Both the position numbers and the translations under genes were made by a program. Below are positions 17,180 to 25,274 of a stretch of 45,069 nucleotides of DNA, piece by piece; position 1 is the stretch's first letter; every line of letters begins with the position of its first letter. The stretch is from contig CAYXMW010000001.1 of NCBI GenBank assembly GCA_964466145.1, forward strand, positions 1 to 45,069, given 5' to 3'. The stretch is from an uncultured Pseudomonadales bacterium. Its GTDB lineage: Bacteria; Patescibacteriota; Microgenomatia; UBA1400; PJMF01. Below the pieces are notes generated by a model, which ran no database searches, was not told where the DNA came from, and saw only the letters and a program-made list of their open reading frames with translations.

Positions 17180-17209
17180 TTGACAATCATTATCCATAAA
17201 CACTACACT
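17180..17209 (+). promoter_or_regulatory. Putative promoter of the DsbA-like/ccdA operon (TTGACA-18-TACACT)
   Basis: Consensus -35 TTGACA 17180-17185, 18-nt spacer, -10 TACACT 17204-17209. Downstream leader carries an AAAGGAA SD. Confidence 0.5.
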
Positions 17210-17216
17210 TCGTAGT
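17202..17216. promoter_or_regulatory. Second operator-like dyad ACTACACTTCGTAGT
   Basis: Same ACTAC-N5-GTAGT arms as the dyad at 16808-16822, again overlapping the -10 hexamer. Confidence 0.5.
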
Positions 17217-17240
17217 ATTCTTAATAAGAAAGGAATTTCA

Positions 17241-17999
17241 ATGTCGTCTAGTAACACTCAATTTTTAACTAATAATATCGGAGTTATTTTCCTAGCAATA
17301 GTTTTTTTTGCTGGTGGATTTTTTACTGGTACACTCTGGACAGAAAATAAAATGCTAAAACTTGGTGGAACTCCAACTCAAAAACAAGTTGGACAACCAA
17401 CAGATGTGGCAGATGCAGCTGATGCAGCTGGAGAAAAGGCTAATACCCTGAGTGAGATGCCAGAAATATCAGATAGCGACCATATTTTAGGAGCAGAAAA
17501 CCCCAAAATTTACCTAGTAGAATACTCTGATTATGAATGTCCTTTCTGTGAAAGATTCCACCCTACTACAAAACAAGTCTTAGAAAAATATGGCGATGAT
17601 GTCGCTTTAGTATTCCGTCACTACCCACTTAACTTTCACCCCAATGCTCAAGCTGCTGCAGAGGCTGCAGAATGTGTTGCTAGCAAAAACGGTGATGATG
17701 CTTTCTGGAAATACACCGATGAAATATTTGTACAAAATAAACAGCTCGGTGGAAAAATCAGTCCTGAAGCTATCGATGCTGCTATCACAGCCAGTGGAGC
17801 TGACCTAGCTGCTGTTAAAGAATGCGTGGAAAGTGGAGAAATGACAGAAGTAGTCACCGCTCAACAAAGTGGTGGAGCTGCTGCTGGAATCTCTGGTACT
17901 CCTGGTACTATCATAATGACAGCTGATGGCGAATATGAGCTAATTAGCGGAGCACTACCATTAGTTCAAGTAGAACAAGCAATCGACAAGTATCTTTAG
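17241..17999 (+). CDS. Membrane-anchored DsbA-like thioredoxin-fold oxidoreductase
   Basis: N-terminal TM. YSDYECPFCERFHP CxxC active site, as in DsbA/BdbD-type (Thioredoxin_4) proteins. Confidence 0.8.
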   Translation: MSSSNTQFLTNNIGVIFLAIVFFAGGFFTGTLWTENKMLKLGGTPTQKQVGQPTDVADAADAAGEKANTLSEMPEISDSDHILGAENPKIYLVEYSDYECPFCERFHPTTKQVLEKYGDDVALVFRHYPLNFHPNAQAAAEAAECVASKNGDDAFWKYTDEIFVQNKQLGGKISPEAIDAAITASGADLAAVKECVESGEMTEVVTAQQSGGAAAGISGTPGTIIMTADGEYELISGALPLVQVEQAIDKYL

Positions 18000-18005
18000 T
18001 ACCTA

Positions 18006-18755
18006 ATGGGACACAGTATTTTTGATGGTTCTCAAGTTAATATTTTAATTGCCTTCATTGCTGGAGGAGTGACATTCTTTGCCAGCTGTCTCCTTCCATT
18101 AGTGCCAACCTATTTAGCTTACTTATCTGGAGTAGCTCTCAACGATAATCAAGCAAGTCAAAAAAAATGGCAAGTATTCAAAACTGGTTTAATGTTTGTA
18201 GCTGGTTTTATCATTACCTTTATAATGCTGGGATTGCTCGCGAATAAATTTGCTAGTGTCGTTGCTCCATACAGACAAGTTATTGAAAAAATAGCTGGTG
18301 TACTATTTGTTGCACTAGGTCTCTTTATGATGGGGATCTTCAAAAGTGCTTTTTTATCACAAGAAAAAAAGTTTAATCTCCAGGGTAAATTTCAACAACA
18401 CCGCTCTTTACATGCTGTCCTAACTGGGATCGCCTTTGGTTTTGGCTGGACACCCTGCATCGGACCAGTTCTAGCCGTAATCTTATTCTGGGCAGCTCAA
18501 GCAGACTCTGCTTTAAAAGGCATAATGCTGCTGACTGCTTATGGAGTTGGATTGGGAATTCCATTCTTAGTCATTGCTTTGGGATTTGAAAAAATCATCC
18601 CTTGGATTAAAAAACACACTAAAATCTCACAAATCATGAGCTTCGTCTCTGGATTATTTATCCTGGGCGCTGGAATTCTACTCCTAATGGATCAGTTGCA
18701 AAATTTATCCTTGTATTTACTTGATTTACTTAGTCTGAATAGACTTTCAGTCTGA
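18006..18755 (+). CDS. ccdA: CcdA/DsbD-family thiol-disulfide transmembrane electron transporter
   Basis: Six-TM protein carrying the two signature Cys contexts FFASCLLPLVP and GWTPCIGPV. Confidence 0.85.
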   Translation: MGHSIFDGSQVNILIAFIAGGVTFFASCLLPLVPTYLAYLSGVALNDNQASQKKWQVFKTGLMFVAGFIITFIMLGLLANKFASVVAPYRQVIEKIAGVLFVALGLFMMGIFKSAFLSQEKKFNLQGKFQQHRSLHAVLTGIAFGFGWTPCIGPVLAVILFWAAQADSALKGIMLLTAYGVGLGIPFLVIALGFEKIIPWIKKHTKISQIMSFVSGLFILGAGILLLMDQLQNLSLYLLDLLSLNRLSV

Positions 18756-18815
18756 TCCATTTACATATATTGATTTGATATATAATTTTGCAGTGATTAA
18801 AACAATTATTAGACA

Positions 18816-18824
18816 TGCTAGAAT
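18816..18824 (+). promoter_or_regulatory. Putative extended -10 (TGcTAGAAT) 9 nt upstream of the MFS ATG
   Basis: gacaTGCTAGAATagatattttATG, with no SD. Confidence 0.45.
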
Positions 18825-18833
18825 AGATATTTT

Positions 18834-20012
18834 ATGACCTGGCGTCGAGAACACACTATTATTTCAATGATCAAAATTACTGAAGTCTTAGGATTTTCAT
18901 TGATTTTACCTTTCTTACCTTTTTATGCTCAAAACTTAGGTGCTTCACCATCTCAAGTTGGGCTAGTATTAGCAAGTTTCTCCTTGTTTCAGTTTATCTC
19001 TGCCCCAATCATGGGCAAACTCAGTGACACCTATGGTCGAAGGCCACTCCTAATGCTTTCCCAACTATCTACTTTAGTTAGTTTTATTGTCCTAGGATTT
19101 GCTAATAGCTTATGGATGCTATTCTTATCAAGAATAATTGATGGCTTACTAGGTAGTAATTTTACTATCGCCCAAGCTTATCTAAGTGATATTACTCCCA
19201 AAAAAGATCGAACTAAGATTTACAGTCTAAGTGGAATTGCTTTTAGCATTGGATTTTTTATCGGCCCAGCTCTGGGTGGATATCTTTCTCAATTTAGTTA
19301 TGCTCTGCCTTCTTTTTTGGCTGCTGGCATGGCTGGTATAACTATTATCACTACCTATCTCTACCTACCAGAAACAATAACTAAATCTAGTAGATTTACT
19401 TGGTCGTGGGATATCTTTAAACTCAAACAATTTGAGCTACTTAAAACAAAATCTAAGATCACCCTCCCCCTTTGGGAATTTTTCTTTTACGTTATCACTC
19501 ATGGGCTCTGGGCTAGTACTTTTGCTCTTTACGCTGAACGACAATTTAACTTTACTGCTAAAGACATTGGGTTTATTTTTGCCATCATTGGTGGAGTAAG
19601 TATTTTTATAAAAATCTTAGTCTTACCTAAATTACTTGATCTTATTGATGAGGATAAACTCAGAATTATCGGTGCTTTGTCTATAATTATCGCCCTAGCT
19701 TTCACCCCTTGGATGAAATATAGATATTTAATAACTATGGCTACAGTCATGTTTTCTTTTGGGGCTAGTTTACTTAGACCTAGCCTAACTTCTCATATCT
19801 CTCGACAAGCTTCAGCTGAAAAACAGGGGGAGATCATGGGCATCACTAACTCACTTGGAAGCATCGCTCAAATTATTGGCCCACTAGCTGGTGGCTTCTT
19901 AATTCAAAACTTCTTTCCAGGAAGTCTGGGTTTAACAGCAGCTGCCACAATGACGATTGGATTAATCTTACTGATTATCGATAGAAAAATTAACTACAAA
20001 ACCACACTCTGA
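18834..20012 (+). CDS. MFS transporter
   Basis: About 12 TM helices. MFS motif A is GKLSDTYGRRPLL. Confidence 0.8.
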   Translation: MTWRREHTIISMIKITEVLGFSLILPFLPFYAQNLGASPSQVGLVLASFSLFQFISAPIMGKLSDTYGRRPLLMLSQLSTLVSFIVLGFANSLWMLFLSRIIDGLLGSNFTIAQAYLSDITPKKDRTKIYSLSGIAFSIGFFIGPALGGYLSQFSYALPSFLAAGMAGITIITTYLYLPETITKSSRFTWSWDIFKLKQFELLKTKSKITLPLWEFFFYVITHGLWASTFALYAERQFNFTAKDIGFIFAIIGGVSIFIKILVLPKLLDLIDEDKLRIIGALSIIIALAFTPWMKYRYLITMATVMFSFGASLLRPSLTSHISRQASAEKQGEIMGITNSLGSIAQIIGPLAGGFLIQNFFPGSLGLTAAATMTIGLILLIIDRKINYKTTL

Positions 20013-20863
20013 TCTGCTGGTTTTTTTTCATCTTCAATTAACACATAAACATCTTGATTATATTTACTCACACCAACTTTTTTAGCTTCACCAGCTAAAA
20101 CTTTTTCCAAAGGCTTGCAGTGACGACAGCCATCAGCTCCATGAGGACATTTAAAACGCTCTAATTTACGAGCTAGTTTAATTTTTTTAGCAATTGCTAA
20201 AATTTCTTCATGAGCTTCAATTAAATCTGGTAGTTTTTGTTCTACTGGCTGATCATGAAGATCAAGATACCAATAACTAGCTTTAACAACTTTCCTCTGT
20301 TGGGTATTGTGAACTAACAAATGATAGATAGGCAACTGTAATGATCCACCTTGGTCTTCTCTCTTACTAGTTTTAAAATCAATAATATGAACCGCATCTT
20401 CATCTTCTAAATACTCTAGCCAATCAACCTTACCGCATAAAATAATATTATCTTCCTCTGATAACCAGTAGTGGGGTAAGTCTTCTTTTATTTTGATTGC
20501 CAAATTATTTAAAAGACCTGGGTTGTTCATTGCTTTTCGGAGCATCTTCTCACCCCGCTCTTTGTACTCTCGTTCTTGCTCATCACTACTAAACCCACCC
20601 TTTTCTCCATGATACTTTTTCCAAACCTGGTCAAACTTCTCAATTAATGATTTTTTAAATCGATCCTTAGTGGGAATAATTGACAAAGATTCAAGTACCT
20701 CATGAACTGCACCGCCAAGAGCTAATGGGGCACTCATGAGCTGTATTTTACGTCCCGTTTCTGGACTTTTATAAACATTGTTTAAATAATAAGCTCGAGG
20801 ACATTTAATAAAATCTCCAATAGAACTATGAGAAACCCAGGTGGCGGTAAATTTGTCAGGCAT
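19994..20863 (-). CDS. PD-(D/E)XK nuclease with Cas4/AddB-like four-Cys cluster
   Basis: N-terminal Cys (IKCPRAYY), nuclease core contexts GKVDWLE and IIDFKTSK, C-terminal CPHGADGCRHC. No cas genes or repeats nearby. Confidence 0.65.
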   Translation of the reverse strand: MPDKFTATWVSHSSIGDFIKCPRAYYLNNVYKSPETGRKIQLMSAPLALGGAVHEVLESLSIIPTKDRFKKSLIEKFDQVWKKYHGEKGGFSSDEQEREYKERGEKMLRKAMNNPGLLNNLAIKIKEDLPHYWLSEEDNIILCGKVDWLEYLEDEDAVHIIDFKTSKREDQGGSLQLPIYHLLVHNTQQRKVVKASYWYLDLHDQPVEQKLPDLIEAHEEILAIAKKIKLARKLERFKCPHGADGCRHCKPLEKVLAGEAKKVGVSKYNQDVYVLIEDEKKPADQSVVL

Positions 20864-20872
20864 AGGAGTATT

Positions 20873-22705
20873 CTAAAGCAAAGATCTTACTTTCTCCACA
20901 ATAGCTGCTGCATCTATTTTTTCAGATGCTAAAAGCTCATCTGGCTGACCACTGCGAGGCTGCTGACCAACAAACAATGAATAAATTGGAGTACTTTGAT
21001 TGACTAAAGCAGCTTTAACTGCCTCTCCAATTCCTCCAAATTGATAGTGGTCTTCCACAGTAACGAGAGCTTTTGTTTCCTCAGCTGCTTGTTTTAAAGT
21101 TTTAATATCTAAGGGCTTAACACTATAGAGATCAATCACTCTAATATTAATCTTATTTTTTCTGAGTTGTCGATAAGCCTTCATTGACTCATGCAATGTT
21201 ATGCCTGCGGCAATTACTGTAACCATATCTTTCTCTGATTTATAAATAGTTTTACTACCACCAATCTCAAACCCTTCATCTTGTTTATAAATAATTGGCG
21301 TATCCATTCTAGTAGTTCTTAGATATGAAATACCTTGATGGATAGCCATTTGTTGGACTAACTTCTCTGTGGATATGGCATCACTGGGATATAGAACTAT
21401 GCTTTCACGAATTGACCTAAACATGGCAATATCTTCTAGCCCCATCTGAGATGGACCATCTTGACCAATTGAAACTCCCACATGAGAACCTACAAATTTA
21501 ATGTTTGCTTTTGAGTACTGAGCCATTCTAATTTGATCAAAAGCTCTAGTTAAAAAAGAACCAAAAGTGGAAACAAAAGGAATCTTACCCATTCTAGCTA
21601 AACCAACTGCCGCACTAACCATATTTTGCTCAGCAATAAACATCTCAAAATAACGCTTGGGAAAAGCAGCTGCAAAAATATTAGCAAAAGTGGAATTATT
21701 CATTTCAGCATCTAAAACTATAATTTTTTGATTTTGAGCTCCTAGCTTAGTAATAGCATTGCCATAAGCTTTGCGAGTAGCTAATTTTTTTTTATCCGAC
21801 TTAATCAAAAAATTATTTAAATCAACATTTTTTTCTTTAACAACTTTTGCCCTCAAATCTTCTGGTTGAGTAATCTCGCCCCTAACACTGACATCAACAT
21901 CACCTAATTCAAGTAAAGCTTCTTGCAATTGATCTTCTCTTAAAGCTTTGCCATGCCAATTGTCTTGATCTGCTAAAAAAGAGATTCCTTTACCCTTAAT
22001 AGTTTTGGCAATAATCATCACTGGAGAATTTTTAATTTGCTCAGCCTTTCGATAAGCCTTAGTGATCTCAGTTAAATTATGACCATCAATCACGATTGTC
22101 TCCCACCCAAAAGCCCTTGCTTTATAAGCGTAATCACTCACATCATGACCCAGCATAGTTTCACCTCTTTGGCCCAAACGATTAACATCTATAATGCCAA
22201 TTAGATTATCTAGTTTGTAGTAACTAGCCAACTGCATTGCTTCCCAAACTTGCCCTTCAGCCATCTCACTATCTCCCAATAAAACATATGTTTTATAAGG
22301 TAGTTTATCCAAATACTTAGCATTTAGAGCTAGCCCAACCCCCACAGATAAACCTTGCCCCAAAGAACCAGTGGTTACTTCTGTATATGGAAAGCGAACT
22401 CCAGGGTGACCTTCTAAAGGACTATCTATTTGACGCAACGTTTTGAGATCTTTCTCAGTTAATTTGCCTGCCACCGCATAAAGTGCATAAAAAAGTGGTG
22501 AAGCATGACCTTTGGAAAAAATAACTCGATCATTGTTGAGGAAATCTGGATTTTCCAGATCATATTTTAAAAATCCAGCAAAATATAAAGCTGTCATTAA
22601 CTCCACTGCAGACAAAGATGAAGTCAGATGACCAGAACCAGCAGCTGAAGTAGAAACTAAACAATAGTAACGCAGTAACTTAGCAATCTGAGGCAGATGA
22701 TCCAT
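20873..22705 (-). CDS. tkt: Transketolase
   Basis: TPP-binding contexts SGHLTSSLS and GDSEMAEGQVWEA, with full N-terminal, middle and C-terminal domains. Start moved to ATG 22705 (MDHLPQIAKLLRYY), which removes the overlap with metK and has TACAAT 7 nt upstream. Confidence 0.9.
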   Translation of the reverse strand: MDHLPQIAKLLRYYCLVSTSAAGSGHLTSSLSAVELMTALYFAGFLKYDLENPDFLNNDRVIFSKGHASPLFYALYAVAGKLTEKDLKTLRQIDSPLEGHPGVRFPYTEVTTGSLGQGLSVGVGLALNAKYLDKLPYKTYVLLGDSEMAEGQVWEAMQLASYYKLDNLIGIIDVNRLGQRGETMLGHDVSDYAYKARAFGWETIVIDGHNLTEITKAYRKAEQIKNSPVMIIAKTIKGKGISFLADQDNWHGKALREDQLQEALLELGDVDVSVRGEITQPEDLRAKVVKEKNVDLNNFLIKSDKKKLATRKAYGNAITKLGAQNQKIIVLDAEMNNSTFANIFAAAFPKRYFEMFIAEQNMVSAAVGLARMGKIPFVSTFGSFLTRAFDQIRMAQYSKANIKFVGSHVGVSIGQDGPSQMGLEDIAMFRSIRESIVLYPSDAISTEKLVQQMAIHQGISYLRTTRMDTPIIYKQDEGFEIGGSKTIYKSEKDMVTVIAAGITLHESMKAYRQLRKNKINIRVIDLYSVKPLDIKTLKQAAEETKALVTVEDHYQFGGIGEAVKAALVNQSTPIYSLFVGQQPRSGQPDELLASEKIDAAAIVEKVRSLL

Positions 22706-22718
22706 ATTCTTAATTGTA

Positions 22719-23825
22719 CTAAACCAGCTGCTCCCAAGGAAACTCTGCTTTTCCAAAGTGTCCATAAGCAGCAGTGGGTAGATAAATTGATCGACGCAAA
22801 TCAAAAGCTTTGATAATTCCCTTAACAGAAGTATCTAAAAGATCATCTACAAAAACTTCCATTGCCTTGTCATCGACTTTAGCCGTCCCAAAAGTATCAA
22901 TTGTTTTCATCACTGGATGAGATTGACCAATACAATAAGCCAGTCCTACCTCAACTTGATCAACTAGACCTTTATCAACTAAATTTTTAGCAATGTATCG
23001 AGCAGCATAAGCTCCAGAGCGGTCAACCTTAGTAGGATCTTTACCAGAAAAAGATCCTCCACCAACCCTAGCATAGCCACCATAGCCATCAACAATAATC
23101 TTGCGTCCAGTCATACCAGTATCACTGGCTGGACCACCAATATGCCAAACTCCAGTTCCATTAACTGTTAGCTGATCAATTTTAAGATCGAATTTATATT
23201 CAGCCAAAACTGGTAAAACCACTTCTTTATACAAATCTTTTTTTACCTGTTCTAAAGAAACATCCTCATCATGAGGTACTGCTAAAACAACAGTTTCTAC
23301 TTCAACAGGCTTACCATCCTCATATCTAACCGTCACTTGGGTTTTGCCATCAGGACGTAAGTATTCTAGTATTTTATCTTCACGAACTTGATCAATTTTT
23401 TGAGCCAACCTATGAGACAAAATAATAGGCAGGGGCATTAACTCTGGCGTTTCTGTGTTTGCGTAGCCAAACATCATTCCCTGATCACCAGCACCATCAC
23501 TATCTACGCCCGTAGAAATTTCTGGAGATTGCTGATGAATATATAAAGAAACAGGTGACTGATTACTGAAACCAAACTTATTATTGGTATAACCCAATCT
23601 TTTTATTTGATCTCTAGCTATCTGCTCATAATCTATTTTGGCTGAAGTAGTTACTTCACCTGCTAGAACCACTCTATCTACAGTCACTAAAGTTTCTACC
23701 GCAACTCTGCCAAGCTTGTCTTGATCTAAAACTGCATCTAAAATTGCATCTGAAATTTGATCAGCAACTTTATCAGGATGACCTGCACAAACTGACTCTG
23801 AAGTGAAATGGGTCGTAGAAAACAT
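22719..23825 (-). CDS. metK: S-adenosylmethionine synthetase
   Basis: Near full-length match to MetK signatures (SESVCAGHPDKVADQISDAILD, GAGDQGMMFGYA, GGGSFSGKDPTKVDRSGAY). Confidence 0.95.
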   Translation of the reverse strand: MFSTTHFTSESVCAGHPDKVADQISDAILDAVLDQDKLGRVAVETLVTVDRVVLAGEVTTSAKIDYEQIARDQIKRLGYTNNKFGFSNQSPVSLYIHQQSPEISTGVDSDGAGDQGMMFGYANTETPELMPLPIILSHRLAQKIDQVREDKILEYLRPDGKTQVTVRYEDGKPVEVETVVLAVPHDEDVSLEQVKKDLYKEVVLPVLAEYKFDLKIDQLTVNGTGVWHIGGPASDTGMTGRKIIVDGYGGYARVGGGSFSGKDPTKVDRSGAYAARYIAKNLVDKGLVDQVEVGLAYCIGQSHPVMKTIDTFGTAKVDDKAMEVFVDDLLDTSVKGIIKAFDLRRSIYLPTAAYGHFGKAEFPWEQLV

Positions 23826-23966
23826 AAAACCTCTCTAATAATTAATATTGAGAGGCTTATTAAGACATCTTTCCTCTCATGGTCGGAATTAGCACCTGCC
23901 AATCATAAACTAGCGGTTGCTGGATGAGTCATAAAGCCGAATCTCTACTCATCTCTCTTGATGTAA
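23826..23966 (-). promoter_or_regulatory. SAM-I (S-box) riboswitch with SD-sequestering expression platform
   Basis: Minus strand: ACAUCAAGAGAGAUGAGUAGAGAUUCGGCUUUAUGACUCAUCCAGCAACCGCUAG...UGGCAGGUGCUAAUUCCGACCAUGAGAGGAAAGAUGU (aptamer about 23865-23964). It carries the SAM-I hallmarks AUCAAGAGAG, GCAACC, GGUGCUAAUUCC and AAAGAUG, closed by P1 ACAUC/GAUGU. It is followed by the hairpin CCUCUC-N14-GAGAGG, then UUUUAUG. Confidence 0.85.
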
Positions 23967-23971
23967 AAAAC

Positions 23972-24000
23972 ATTAAAGCACTTTAAAATGAAAAAAGCAA
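23972..24000 (-). promoter_or_regulatory. Putative promoter of the riboswitch-metK transcript (TTGCTT-17-TTTAAT)
   Basis: The minus strand reads TTGCTTttttcattttaaagtgcTTTAATgttttttACATC. The predicted TSS is at the start of P1. Confidence 0.4.
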
Positions 24001-24007
24001 GAAAGCT

Positions 24008-25207
24008 TTAATTTGAAGCAGCACTACGAATTTTTAATATAAATTTATCCAGAGTAAACGGTGATAAAACTGCTATTAACTCAAAAGTAAAAATAGATAG
24101 CTCAAAAGCAGATGGGATAAGATTAGTGATAAAAAATGCTCCCAAGCCAATTAAGATGCCATTGAATAAATTGGTTTTAAACATCTCATTTTGAGTTATA
24201 TCTATAATGTTTCGAGCAATGCCTTTTTCCTGTGCCAACTTACCCTGCCTTAAAATATCCTGCAAACCAAACCAAACCACCATCGAAAAAGTAGTTATTG
24301 CTGTCACTGTATTTAAAGTACGGTTGGGTATGCTCACGTCTCCAGAAAAAATTCTTATTTCCCAAGCTAAAGGAAATTTTCTAACTAAAATATAAGCAAG
24401 AATAAATAAAATTATGGTAGAACTACCTAAAAATCCGATAGTTTGTTTGGATTTTTGCTGAGACTCAAGCTGTGGCTTAGACTGAGTAACTATTTTTTCA
24501 TCGCTATCTTCACTCTTCTCAGCTTCTGCTTGAGCTTTTTTCTCAGATACCACTTCAAACTTGCGCTTCATTCTCTTGGCAAGATAAATAAAGACGTGGG
24601 AAAGTAAAATTAAAATCCAAGCTGAAAATACCATCCACAACCCAAAATCTTTAGACCTAGTTACTATTGGATAAGGAATCTTAAACCATAAACCTTGTAA
24701 TGGGTAAACTGGGTAAGGAATAAATTTTAATAAAATACTAGGATCAATTTTATTGGCATAGAAATCTGTTAAGAACAATCTCCCAATCGAGATAAATAAA
24801 GTTATCTGAACCATAAAATCAACTACATAAAACAAGAAAGTCATGTTACCTTGCCTAAAAGTCTTTTTGACCCTAGCTATCTGTTGCTCATCAACTTTAA
24901 GCTCATTAATTTTTTCTTGAAATTTTCTTGTATTATGTGACTGCATTACTCTAATTGTTCGAAAGGGAATCATGAGTAGAGTTTGAGTTACTCCTAACAA
25001 CACTACTGACACCCAAACTTGTTTGGTTAAAGCATAAAAACCAAATAAAATATTCAAATAAAAATTAAGTGTCCAACCTTTAAAAAAGGCATAAACTAAA
25101 AAAATCACAATCGCAGCTACTAAACCACTTAAAACTGGTAATAGTATTCCAGAGGAAGAGACCTTAGTATCTCTAACTAGAGACGGAGAAACTTTATTAT
25201 CAACCAT
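24008..25207 (-). CDS. Polytopic membrane protein, possible divergent YidC/Oxa1-like insertase
   Basis: 399 aa. A TM followed by the amphipathic basic segment LLMIPFRTIRVMQSHNTRKFQEKINELK resembles the YidC TM1-C1 region. An acidic linker and extra C-terminal TMs follow. Weak call. Confidence 0.35.
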   Translation of the reverse strand: MVDNKVSPSLVRDTKVSSSGILLPVLSGLVAAIVIFLVYAFFKGWTLNFYLNILFGFYALTKQVWVSVVLLGVTQTLLMIPFRTIRVMQSHNTRKFQEKINELKVDEQQIARVKKTFRQGNMTFLFYVVDFMVQITLFISIGRLFLTDFYANKIDPSILLKFIPYPVYPLQGLWFKIPYPIVTRSKDFGLWMVFSAWILILLSHVFIYLAKRMKRKFEVVSEKKAQAEAEKSEDSDEKIVTQSKPQLESQQKSKQTIGFLGSSTIILFILAYILVRKFPLAWEIRIFSGDVSIPNRTLNTVTAITTFSMVVWFGLQDILRQGKLAQEKGIARNIIDITQNEMFKTNLFNGILIGLGAFFITNLIPSAFELSIFTFELIAVLSPFTLDKFILKIRSAASN

Positions 25208-25215
25208 AACTACTG

Positions 25216-25221
25216 ATTATA
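25216..25221 (-). promoter_or_regulatory. Putative -10 box (TATAAT) 8 nt upstream of the membrane-protein ATG at 25207
   Basis: The minus strand reads catgTATAATcagtagttATG, with no SD. Confidence 0.4.
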
Positions 25222-25261
25222 CATGTCAAACAACTTTATTTTAAGATCGCTAAATCCAGGT

Positions 25262-25267
25262 TATAAT
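25262..25267 (+). promoter_or_regulatory. Putative -10 box (TATAAT) 7 nt upstream of the dus ATG
   Basis: ccAGGTTATAATTAActtcATG closely resembles the malQ upstream region atAGGGTATAATTAAgcttATG. Confidence 0.45.
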
Positions 25268-25274
25268 TAACTTC

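Noticed and set aside
18775-18837. 20-codon frame ending in a TGA that overlaps the MFS ATG (another possible ATGA-coupled mini-ORF)
   Set aside because: It has no ATG (only a TTG could start it) and no shared ATACCAGCTAA core. It also overlaps the putative MFS promoter, so it would not lie on the predicted transcript.
20085-20105. ACCAGCTAAAACTTTT on the plus strand, partly matching the mini-ORF core motif
   Set aside because: It lies inside (antisense to) the nuclease coding region, lacks the flanking ATA/TTTT context and has no associated ORF or gene start.
19994-20863. Cas4-like nuclease as evidence for a CRISPR-Cas locus
   Set aside because: No direct repeats with spacers and no other cas genes are visible anywhere in the 45 kb.
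22706-22804. 33-codon N-terminal extension of transketolase that overlaps metK by 86 nt
   Set aside because: The conserved transketolase sequence starts at MDHLPQIAKLLRYY (ATG 22705). That ATG has TACAAT 7 nt upstream, and the extension has no homology-like features.
25216-25229. TTGACA immediately adjacent to TATAAT (minus strand TTGACATGTATAAT) as a -35/-10 pair
   Set aside because: The spacing is 2 nt rather than about 17 nt, so the TTGACA cannot serve as the -35 of this -10 box.
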